DNA from: Botryllus schlosseri
Taxonomy: Eukaryota
Assembly: GCA_051294905.1 (NCBI GenBank)
Contig: CM119386.1
Span: 1,612,001-1,676,000, forward strand
Direction: 5' to 3'
DNA length: 64,000 bases
Shown: piece by piece, positions 51,079 to 63,000 of the stretch
Position numbering within the stretch: position 1 is the stretch's first letter
Layout: the number at the start of each line of letters is the position of its first letter
Program-made: the position numbers and the translations under genes
Notes under the pieces: generated by a model
The model's database searches: none
What the model was told of the DNA's origin: nothing
What the model saw: the letters and a program-made list of their open reading frames with translations, nothing else

Positions 51079-54000
51079 GTAAGTTGGAATGAATTAAAGT
51101 TTATATAGAACAAGAAGTTTGTACTGTCTGGTTTGTGGGCAAATCAAGTAGGCTGGATTGATTTAATCTTAGACAAAGCGCATGTAATGCCGCATGTATA
51201 GAAGTTTAGAGTCGTTTGTAAGTTCGTTCATTCACGACATATCGGCTCTAATATGACTGAACTGTCTTTATAGTTTTGTCCGGGCTGTTACGAGTCACGT
51301 TTTCCGATATCGTCGTCTTGCAAGAACAGCCACAATGGATCAAAGTAGGTGAAATTGCGGCCGTGGCCGCGAGATGGGAACAGAATCGTGAGTACCAGCG
51401 TTTTATCTCATGGACATTGTTGCTACGTCGAACAGTTTCTTAATGGTATATTCATATTGAAATGAACCCGAATGTTTTCGGTTGACATTCGTCAGGGGTA
51501 ATCGTCAGCAACTAGTAGAGAATTCAACAGAACATTGTATATCAACAATCGTATCCCAAACTAGGACGTCACCGGTATGATATCCTAGTAACCGGGGCGA
51601 ACAGCGGCTTTAGCGCAATTCAATTCTTTACTAATTGCTGACCATCGCCCCTGACGAGTGTCAGCCGGAAATACTCGGGTTTATTTCAATGTGAATATAC
51701 TGTTCAAAAGCATATATGGTAATAATAGCCAACTTACTGCAGCCTAACACAGGTCGCTATGACCGCGTCTTGTTGTGATTTTAAACCCCCAAAGCCTACA
51801 AGCAATGTTTCCCTGCCAGAAAGATCTATAAAGCCTAGAATGCTGTTGGCGTTACTCCGCTTACATGACAAACTTTTTTCGAAGTTTGATTCGAATTAGA
51901 ATTATAGCTTCACATTTTATCCAAATTCGCTCAGAACTGAAATCACATATTTCGCAAAAACTAGATAGCTGGAAAACTGTTAAAACTGTATTTTGGGCGC
52001 CGAGCGACAAAGTTGACCTTTTTTTAGTCAACCGACCACGAAGTGAGATAAATTACCATTTTTTCAGGATTTTCCTCCGGTTTTACAATTCTGAAATTTT
52101 TGTAAAAGTGTCCTTTTTCAGATTTCCAAAATATGGTAACCCTAGTCAGCATCCAAAGTGCAGTTCATATCAAATAGGGCCATTCTTGTAGATAGGAGTA
52201 GGATTAAAATGAGCGCATTGAAACATTTCACAAATTAGATAAAAAGTTGGTAAATGACATTTCACTCAAATTGGCTTACTTGCACAACTAGAATTAGGCT
52301 ATCTAGCTGTTCAAGTCTGATTTGCGGCATTGCATTTTTCATTCGCATTATCAGTCGGGGCAGATGTTATGCAGTTCCTTGTGTGGAGCGCGGATGACCA
52401 AGGCATAAGGAAAGAGACTAGGAACGACCAAAACTCTTCTTTCGTTTACGCAAGCAGTCCGATACCCGCCGACCGCCAAACGATTGAAATGGATTGGGAA
52501 GGCCAAGCGAAACCGGGTAAGACCAGCCACTCTGCAGCAGACGAGCACAAACTACTGGATTTTTAAAATGTGCAATTAGAAGTAAAACTATGACTACTCC
52601 CCTTTCAAAACTCGCAACTAGAACTAGAACTACTCTCATTTTAAAATCGACACTCGGACTGCTCACTTTTCAAAACTAGCAACTACAACTCAAACTAAAA
52701 CTACTCTCACTTTTCAGAACTAGCAAGTAGACCTAGAACTTTTTTTTTAAATCCGCATTAGAACTAAAAATATATTGCTAATCACTTTTCAAAACTCGCG
52801 ACTAGAGCTAGAGCGCTCACTTTTTAAACTTGCAACTGGAACCAAAACTAGGGGTACTCACTTTTCGAAACTCACCTCTGGAACTGGAACTAACGACAGA
52901 GGTTAGTCGAGTACCGTAACTAGATTGGTAGCTTGTACAAGTTTGCTCTGCAGTCTGCCAACTACGTTCGACTGTAACGTGTTACCAGCCACGATAACGA
53001 AAAGGAAACTTTTCTTATTTAGACGATCCTAGCTGGATTGTCCAAAAAAGCGTTCTACACATCTTGGACTTCCAAGTTACTGACCCCGAGGAATACAGTT
53101 GCAGCATAGAGATCGGCCGAGAACTAAAGACAGCAATCAGTGTGGTAAAAGCTTACGGTGAGACCGCGTTATCTTCATAGATAACATACTGACCCATCCT
53201 GCCACGATTTCCTCGGCAATAGAATTTGTTTTGTTGTCTGGAAGAGAGATTTGTTGGAATGATGCATATATAACTAATCGACCCGGCGCACAAGGACATT
53301 GCTGCCGAGCACCAAAAACTCAATACCAACAACAACATCAATCCAGAATCGAATCACGCACGCATTTGATCTGGCCTAGCCCGGCAATTTGTACGTAACC
53401 GAGCCCAATCCTCCCCGGCCCGAGTGAGATTTATCCACATACATTGCGACGTATATACGAACAATTTCGATATGTTTGTACGAATTTTCACAGCCCTTCC
53501 CACAGTAACGATCGAGAACGTCACGATGGAAGCGGACGTGAGAGCGCCGATCCCAGAAACCGACGACGCTGGTGAGTTGAACGCTAAAGCGTGCTTGCAT
53601 GTGTGTCAGCGTCCGAAAAAATCCAGATTTTATAAGTCAGATTAGGATTGGAATTATAGCTACACAATTTATCGACAAATTAGATTAGAATTAGTGACTT
53701 CGCAAAAACCCGGAATTTGGCTTGAATTCCGGATTTAAAGGAAATATACGACAATACTCAATGTCAGCTCATATCAAAACATAGTTTATTCTCATAGGAA
53801 TTATAACAGAAAATGTCTGTGCAGAAAGCTTGTCTCGTTTCGTGCTATCAAGTTATCCTAATCCCATAGCATTTTCATGAAAACAGGAAATTAGATTAGA
53901 ACTATAATGAGACCATAATATAAACATTTCAAAAATAGATCAGAATCTGATCTGAATTTGGATTTGAATAAAATAGTATTTACGGTGACCGATTCTTTGA

Positions 54001-57000
54001 TTATTTATTATAGTTGTGTTCACCGTAAATACTATTTTATTCAAATCCAAATTTTTCGACGACAATAACTCCACTTCCACTGGTCTGAATTGAACCAAAT
54101 TTGGTGAGCATCGTTTCTATAGACAGCCTAACACTTTCATGGGGTGAACAGAAAATTTTCAAATTTCTTATTATTTATTTTTATATAATAAATAGAAACC
54201 TTCTTCTCCTGTAGCAAAGCAGTTACTGGCTGGAATTGAACCAAATTTTGTGTGTAGGCTTAAATTAGGCAACCTAACAATTTTATCAAGTAGCCAGTAC
54301 TATTTGAGAAAAGAGTCATTTTTGAAGAGCCCTAGTGTATATGCACGATACACTATGAAAGCGTTACTGTATCCGCAGTGTATCCTAAATCAGTTGAAAA
54401 TCCTTATGGTCACAGACTATCCGGAATACAACACCACAGAGGTCGACAACGCAGACTTGGACGACATGTACAACGCTGCCGAATCAGTCCCGGACTACCC
54501 AGACAGAAAAAAGAGGCAAGTCGATGCCACTCTGGAAGACGCGGGGCCAGTAGAAGAAGATGCGAAATACGTGGAGGTGGCTTGCAACATCCAGGGTGCG
54601 TATCCGCAGCCGGAAAAAGTGGAATTCACAATCGGAGGTAAATATACGTCTTGAAAAGACTCTTGGAGGTGCCGAACTACAGTATACAATTGAATAATAT
54701 ATCCATATGGAAATAATCACGAGTACTAGTTTTGAACAAAATCAGAACACTCAAGAAGAGCTTGTCTAAAAACATAATTACTTGAGCAATTAGTGCTTGT
54801 AGACAAAATTTACCTGAGTAGATTTAAAAAATAGAAGTTTTTCATTACTACCTGTGATTCAGACGTTTCTAGTTTATTCCATATCCAAGCTGTAAAGCTG
54901 TTCCAATAAAGGCTGTCAAGTTTTTTGAAATTCGTCTTAAGCTATAGATGCAGTATCTTTGGAGTATCGGTTGAATATGTCGGGTAGGGTTGTTCAAAAT
55001 TTTTAATAATTAATTCAAAATTTGCAAACTCTAATAGCTTCACTTTTACCAGTCGGAATTCAGCCAAATTTGGTGATTTACGTTTTCTTTAGCCTACCTA
55101 ACAATTTTAGCTAATAGCCGCTAAAGTCTGACAAAAATGTTATTTTTGAACAACTCTAATGTCGGGGCTTTATGTGAAGGTTCCAGTTCGCCACAAAAAT
55201 CCGATATCGTACCGTCTCTAATTGTGATGTGTTTTCAGAGAGTGAAACCATGCAGCCTAGCGAAACACCGGTGTGGAGTCAGGACCCAGTGTCGCGGTTT
55301 TACAGCAGCCGAGTCATTCTCAAGTTGGCGGCTGATCCTATGTACGACGGAAAACGAGTGGCGTGCTCCGTGACCCTGCCAAACATGGAGGTCGTGGAAA
55401 GCGAATTGTCGCCACCGTTCGTCATTCTGCGTAAGTTAGAGTTTGAGTAGTTTTATTGAGGCTTTCGTCGGAACAAAACGCTACAAGATTGCGATAAAAT
55501 ATATCGATAGGAATGTGTCGAAACGACTTGGAGTAGTTGTTGAAATCAGACACCCACCTGTCAAGTTGTCCAAAATATCGATTCATAACAATTTTTCTCA
55601 CTTCCAGTCGGCAGAAGCGAAAAGATTGCAGTTGAAAATTTTTAATGTGAAAACATAGCATTCTCGGTCTGTAATCTCAGAATTATTAATGAAAAACTTT
55701 AATAACTTCGTGTCTACGGGCTGGAATCGCATCAAATTCGTTTTTCATCATTTTTGTAGACAACTTAACGATTTCACGAGGTTGACAGTAAAATGTGAAG
55801 AAAAAAAATTAGTTTTCAAAATAAATTCAAAATTTTCAAACTTCTGTAGCTACTAGTTCGACTAGAGTCAAATTTGGTGTGTAACGTTTTTTTTTTTATC
55901 CCACCTAACAATTTTATCAAATAGCCGCGAAAATTAAAACAAAAAAACTTTTTTTATGAACAACCATTTTTGATCGTAGTAGCCAATCACCATTAGTACT
56001 GAAAACAATAACAAAAACAACATTTCACTGTTTTAAACGAGATGTAGGCTGTACCTTTGAAAAGTTTAGCGCAGGGGGGGCTCACTCTTTCGGCCAAACG
56101 GCCACCGTGAGTTTTACGAATCATTGCGCTGGCCACTTGAATGTTGATGACCTTTTTTAGTCTTCCGATTGGAGCTAACCGGATTAGGTAACGGTGAAAC
56201 AAAACTTATATTAATACGCATCAGAATCAACAACAATTATGAAATGAAGACTCAGTATGCAACCGCCACCTAGCCGCGTTCAGTGCGATTTTTTTTTAAG
56301 TTAACGAATGAATTCGGTAGATAATAATATTTCATGCATGTATTACGGGTCTCCTCTCCATACCACTGGGCTCATTTGGCAAGGGCAAGATTATCCGGCT
56401 CTTGGACTTATAAATATCGAAGATTCGGCTAATAAGCGAAATACTGTACTTTCTGGTTGTTGGTCATATACGACGATCTACGGAACATGTATCTGGCCTC
56501 TGGCTACCCCAATGCGTCGGGACTGATAGTTTAGTCATCAAAATCCCAAATTTCGCGGTCAGATTAATCGAATTTTGGTTATGGTTTTGGTAATTATTAT
56601 CTCTTTATAATATAACTAATTTCGAGAATTACCACGCGGGCCACTCAACACCATCGAGCGGGCCACAGGTTTAGCGCAACATTTGCAGTATTACGACCTG
56701 GGGTAAGTCGAAAGCGTTCCAAACTACGCTCCAAATCTCTAATTCAGTTCAAAATTTGGGGGTTCGCCAGTTGACAACCACTGGTCGATAACATGCATTT
56801 GAAACATGGCGAAGTTGCAAACTGATAGTCTTGTCTTGCAGATGAGACCGACAAAGTCACTACTACAATCAGCCCCGGAGATGCGATTGAAGGAGAGATC
56901 GTCGTGATAGAATGCAGAGCCAACGGCAACCCCGCTCCTCGGGTAAACTTATGAAAATGAATATATGAACTTTACCTCAACCAGTGGTGTATACATAGTT

Positions 57001-60000
57001 ACTCGATTACTCGGATCTGAATCTGGTATTGGTTCTAATGATTTGAGTCGATTAGTGGAAATAATTCTTTCGGGTACTGGAATGTACTCTACTTGACACT
57101 GGAAGGTAATTTATCCACTTTGCAAGACTTGAAACGTATCTTGGTGGTATCGCAGTATACAAAACATGCAGCACAAAGCTACGCGCGTTATGATATATTT
57201 GTAAAGTCGTGATAACCCACAGCATTGTCACGTAGTGCAATGTAATAGGCATAAATTAAAAATGCCAAATTATCTTTACATTGATGGAGAACTGGTATTG
57301 TATTCTCTGTGGCAAGGTACATATTTGAATTTTGAACACATCTTTCATACTCTATTTTGGAATTTAGACCATACATTTGACAGTGCATTGGGTAGTAGGT
57401 TGATCACGACTTCACATCACATATATGTCATTTTCACTGCCATGCATAGCTTTGTACTTAGGGTGGCATTTAAAACAATAATCAATTTAAAACAAACATG
57501 TTTAAAACATGTTTTTCTTATTGTTTTTTTTAAATGTTTTTGTCAAGCCATGACGCCACGAATATTCAATTTGTGACATCATAGTGGATTGGCATTGACA
57601 ATTGAAAATATAGGGTAAATATAGCTCCTTTGGCGAAATATCAGTGTACTATTGCTGTTGAGCCGACTGTTTTGAGGATTCCAACCATCCCATATCGATA
57701 TGCGTCGGCTATATCGGATGGCAATTGTTCGTGGGCTCATGCATCATGTTTTTTTGGAAAGTATTTGCACAAATATGGCATGATTCTACAACTTGAAAAA
57801 AAAAACAATTTTTTTTTCAATAAGGTTTTTGTAATACTGTTTAAAACTTGTTTTACACAAGATACGCCTAATCAAGGCTTCATAGCGGTAAATAATGTCG
57901 AAACTATAATTGTCGTTGTTAATTTGAGTCCTAGAAAACATCGTATGTCACTACTCGACTCGAATCATTAAAATTAATGCTCGATTCACATTCGAGTATA
58001 CGGTGAAATCATTGTGCTCAGATTCGAATCAGCCAGGGACTCGATTTTGGAATCGTTTTCGTTATCAGCGACATTCCGATTTTAGTTCACGGTCAAGTCG
58101 GACGTAGGTGACGAGGACTTCACGGAAGACGAGTCCGGCAAAAAATTCACGATCGCGGGCGTCACAAGACAACACCAAGGTCGCTACTGGTGCGTCGCCT
58201 CGTTTGACGACCGCGCTGACCCGGGATCCGTCAACACGCTGGACAGCGAAGACAAACCCGAGCTCGTTGTCAGATGTGAGAACCATTGGATTACTAGAAC
58301 ATGTTCAGCTTTCACGAAGTAGATTGTAATTAGAATGATGGCTACACAGCTTTTTCCAAATTAGTTTACGGCTTGAATGATAGCTACACACCTTTTTCAA
58401 AATTATATCAGAATTATAATTATAGCTACACGTTCTTTTCCAAATTACATGTGTATCAGCATTATAGCTGCACAGTGCAGTTTTTTAAAATAAGATTCGT
58501 GCAATATTTTCCGTTTTTTTTTCAAATTAGATTAGACTAAGAATTATATATGCTCAGTTTTTTTGAAATTAGATTAAAATTAGAATTATGGCTATACAGT
58601 TTTTTTTTCAAATTAGATTAGAATAATTAGAATTGTAGCTGTACAATTATTTCCAACTTATATATGAATCAGAATTATAGCTGCATATCTCTTTTCAAAT
58701 CAGATTAGAATTAGAATTATATCTACACAGTTTTTTTTACAAATTAGATCCGAATTAGAATTATAGCTATATAGTTTTTTTCCAAATTAAATTAGGATAA
58801 TTAGAATTTGAGCTACACATTTTTTCCTAATTCGATCAGAATTAGAATTAGAGCTGCACAGTTTTTGCAAATGTGATTCGAATTCGAATTATAGCTACAG
58901 CTGTTCCCAAATTAGATTGCAATCAGAGTGATAGGTACACACCTTTAGATAGCTGTCCTAGTCTGGACGGGAATCGCTCTCTGGTTTCGACATATGTCGA
59001 TATTTCCGAAAAGTTAACGACTTATATTTCAATCAGATATCGACACTCCGGATCTGAGTAGAAACGAAATTACCGGGAAAAAAGGTGACAACGTACAAGT
59101 GACATGCACGGCCAAAGGATCGCCTCAGCCGTCCGCGACTTGGAGGAAGAACGGTGAGCGATTTCTGTTTACCGGCTGAGGGGGTGGTTAGGGTGGTTCA
59201 AAAATGACTTTTCTTCCCGATTCCGGATATTCACTGATTCAATTGTTAGGTTCTCTAAAAAATGCCACACACCAAATTTGGCTCGATTACAACTAGTACA
59301 GGCACAGGTTTTGAAAATTTTGAATTTGTTTCGCATCGATTTCATAGACAACTCAACAACTTAATGGGGTTGAATTTAACCTTTGAATTTTTCTTCATTC
59401 TTTTATATTTGAACAGCTTCTTGGAGGTACAGAACTTCAATATACAATTGTATAGCATATTCATATTGAAAATTGACACTCGTCAGGGGTAATCGTCAGC
59501 AACTGGTCGAGAATTTTTATCAAATTACACCACCCATGGCTGTGTCAACTACGTGTACCATCTAAAAACAGTGCCTATTTTGTGATACGATTGCTGATAT
59601 AAGATATTCTTTTGAATTCTCTACTAGTTGCTCACGATTACCCCTGATGAGTGTCAGCCGATAATATCCGGGCTCATTTCAATACGAATATACTATTCAA
59701 TTCTTTTATAATAAATTCAAAATTTTCAAACTCCCGCGCTTTTGCCACTCTTACACCGAGCTGTGATGTGTTAAGCGGCATTATCTCCATTTCCCTAGTA
59801 ATAATAATAATAATGACCTCTGCTCTGTAACCCTAGCCAATTCTTCATCTTCTGCAATTCTGTAATCTGACTTCTCCATGTATTGCATAGGAATAAAAAT
59901 TTGAATGTATTACTGAAATTTTAAAAATTTACTCCAATCTCGCCATTTTCCTTTGGGGGCAGGTTGCTCCCCGGATTATGTGTGTATTTACCAGTTTTAC

Positions 60001-63000
60001 TGTGAATAAAGAACATAATAATAATAATGAATTCTATCTACCAGTTTTACTGTGAATAAAGAATATAATGAATAATAATCCGATTGCATTGTCGCACGCA
60101 GGAGAAACTGTGTCTAGCAGTTCGGTGCTGATGCTGGACGACATGAAGTACGCCGACTCCGGCAATTATCTGTGCGTTACCACGAACGATGCCGGCGAAA
60201 AAAACAAGGAATTGACTGTCCGCGTGGAGGGATCCTGCAACATACAGTTCAACCAGCCTGACGTGAGCACTTTTTTTATCTCGAACCTTCAAACTCTTGG
60301 TATTCGTGAATGAATTTAGTTCAATTAGCAACGAGAATTAAAGTTTCAAAACTATTTACTTCGATACTATTTTCCACTGTGGTAGGCTGTGAACCTCGAT
60401 TGGTCGTTTCACAGCATAGAAAGGATGTAGTGCAAAGCTACGCACGTTAATGCAAATGACATATCTGTTAAGTTATGATAAACCCACAGCACTGTCGCAA
60501 AGTGCAAGGAAATAAAGTATGGTGGAGAAAAGACCCCAGTTATCTATAATGTGATGTAAAACTGGCATTGTATTCTTTGTGGTCGGATAAAAGGTACCTA
60601 TTTCAACTTTCCACATCGTTCATGCTATTGTAACGTTGTAAAATGAGTGATACTCGCGCGTAACTTCGATTTTGTCAAGCCCAGCTCGCGCGTATCTACT
60701 GAACGCGATCGTCTCATTCATTTTCGTTCGCAGTTACTTTTCCGCCTGAAATCCATAGCTGTTATGTAACAGTCAATGTCCGTATACACAGGTGTCCGCG
60801 AGCAAAGTTGAAAAGAACGCGTATCGGATCGCTTTCGAATGCACCACGACCGGGAAACCAGAATGTGCAGGTCAGTTGTCTTCTTTTGGTTTGCGCCGCA
60901 GAGTCTTCTCTGCCACTTTCGCTGCGGACTACACTTACACCAGTGGTTCTTCACCTTTGCTAACCTGGCGAGCCCAAAATTCCCGCCTAATCACCGAACA
61001 AAAATCTACCATATGACAATGAACGCAGCTAATACATAACTATGGAATACTTTTTGTGCAAACTGCTGGTTTTCGAAATGCACAAATAGAAATGGAACTT
61101 ACCACTCATCGTAACTCTCAACTAAAACTAGAACTACTCACTTTTCGAAACTCGCATCTACAACTACAACTGCTCACTTTTCGTAGCTCGCAACCAGAAC
61201 TACAACTACTCCGTTTTCAAAACTAGCATCTAGAATCTAGATTCTAGATTCTGGAACTATAAGATTAGGACTAGAACTAGCTCCCTTTAAAAATCCGCAA
61301 CTATAACTAACTAAAACACAGCTAACTAGCTTCAATTACGAAGCAAATCATTAATTTTTATTATATCGGCTCTCCATATGAACATCAGTAAAGGTCTGAA
61401 ATGGGAGGGGTTTCAACCCCCCGAATCCACCCCTGGCTACGACACTGTTAGTAGCGATGACTCTGAGCTAGCAATGGCTACAAGAACATCACACAACAGA
61501 ACACGGGTATCGCGATCCACGCCAAACGATGAAACGTGTTTTCTAGATGTTCGGCAACTAAATATTTGAATGCGCAAAAAGAACTAGAACTACAATTCCG
61601 TGTATATATGATTGTATCATCGTATACTGATGTATTGATCGGGTGCGTGTATTGACCTACTGACTGCAGCGAACCCCTGAGACCGGCCGAGCTTCGCGTG
61701 AAATCCGGTTAAGAACCACCGACTTAGGTCTCATTTTTTCTATTTACTATTCGTTATCATTTCAGTCAGCATCGTACCGCCCAAGAACTTTGGCTTGGAC
61801 GGCAAAACTTCGAAAGGCAACGGAGTTGTCACAATGGTTTACGAATCAGTTCCGAAACTATCAGCCCCTGTCAAGGTAAGAAGCATCTTTTGCCGGGTGT
61901 ACCGGGTCCGGGATGTTGCATTGCGAAGTAATGCAGTGGTTCCGTGCTTCGAATATAGTTTACATATACTGTACACTGTGTACGTACAGTGTACATTAGG
62001 GCTGTTCAAAAATAACTTTTTGTTCTGGATTCCAGACATTCAGTGATTAAATTGTCAGGTTACCCTAAAAACACTGCACACCAAATTTGGTTTAATTGTA
62101 ACAAGTATAGGGCTCCGCAGATCCAATTAAAATTTTTAATTTAAACTGGAAAATTTAAAATAAAAATTCAAATTTTTCTGTCAACCCCATGAAATTGTTA
62201 AGCTGTCTTCAGAGACGATGCAAAACAAATTTGACTCCATTCCAACTAGTAGAAACGGAGTTATTGGAGTTTTTCGTTAATAACCCTCGGATTAACCACC
62301 AATCAAGGATAATCCGAAAAATATCAACGAAAAACTCCAATACTCCACTCGTCTCTGAAGACAGCCCAACAATTTCATGGGGTTGGATTCAATTCCCTGT
62401 TTCAAAATTGACCTCGTCGTTTTTTTCCCAGTTCGCGTGCGTGGCATCCAACAAGCACACGCCAAAGTACAACAAGACCGTGCAAGTCGACTCCAAGTTC
62501 GAAGCCTGCTGTAGCGAGCCGTCTAAAGGAGGCCTCGGCACCGGCGCTATCGTAGGCATCTTACTCCTCGTGCTCGTGGTCGTCATCGGAATACCGCTGG
62601 CCTGTTATTTTGTCAGTGAGTATCGATCAACTGTCTGCAGCTCTACATGGATTGAGATATGTTTTTAGCTTGATAATAGCAGTTTAATTCACACGGTATA
62701 CTGAGATCTGCGCTAATACATTGGTTATGGATACTCTTGGTCATTCTTGGATGACTTTAGTAGTACAGTAGTACAGATGTCTACCTATCATTCTAATTCT
62801 AATCTAATATTCATCCTGTTCACAGAAAAGAGGAACGCGCCTCCAAAGAAGAAAACGTGAGTTGCTTCCTTTGATTTCATCCTTGACGTACATATTGTTC
62901 GTTTTGTGTGCGTCATTCGCTATTTTGAGAGTACTCGCAACTGGAACAAAATACCCAACTAGAACTAGAACTACTCACTTTTCGAAATCCGCAACTAGAA

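Noticed and set aside
53153-53341. Minus-strand ORF beginning with a signal-peptide-like MMLLLVLSFWCSAA
   Set aside because: The hydrophobic run is the antisense of a CAA-rich intronic tract; no further exons or domain were found.
58315-58930. Regularly spaced repeats as a CRISPR-like array
   Set aside because: Units are contiguous and degenerate with no unique spacers, the context is eukaryotic, and there are no cas genes.
59989-60063. 50-bp-period duplication (TACCAGTTTTACTGTGAATAAAGAA) upstream of Ig exon 11
   Set aside because: An ordinary local tandem duplication that does not alter the acceptor at 60101.
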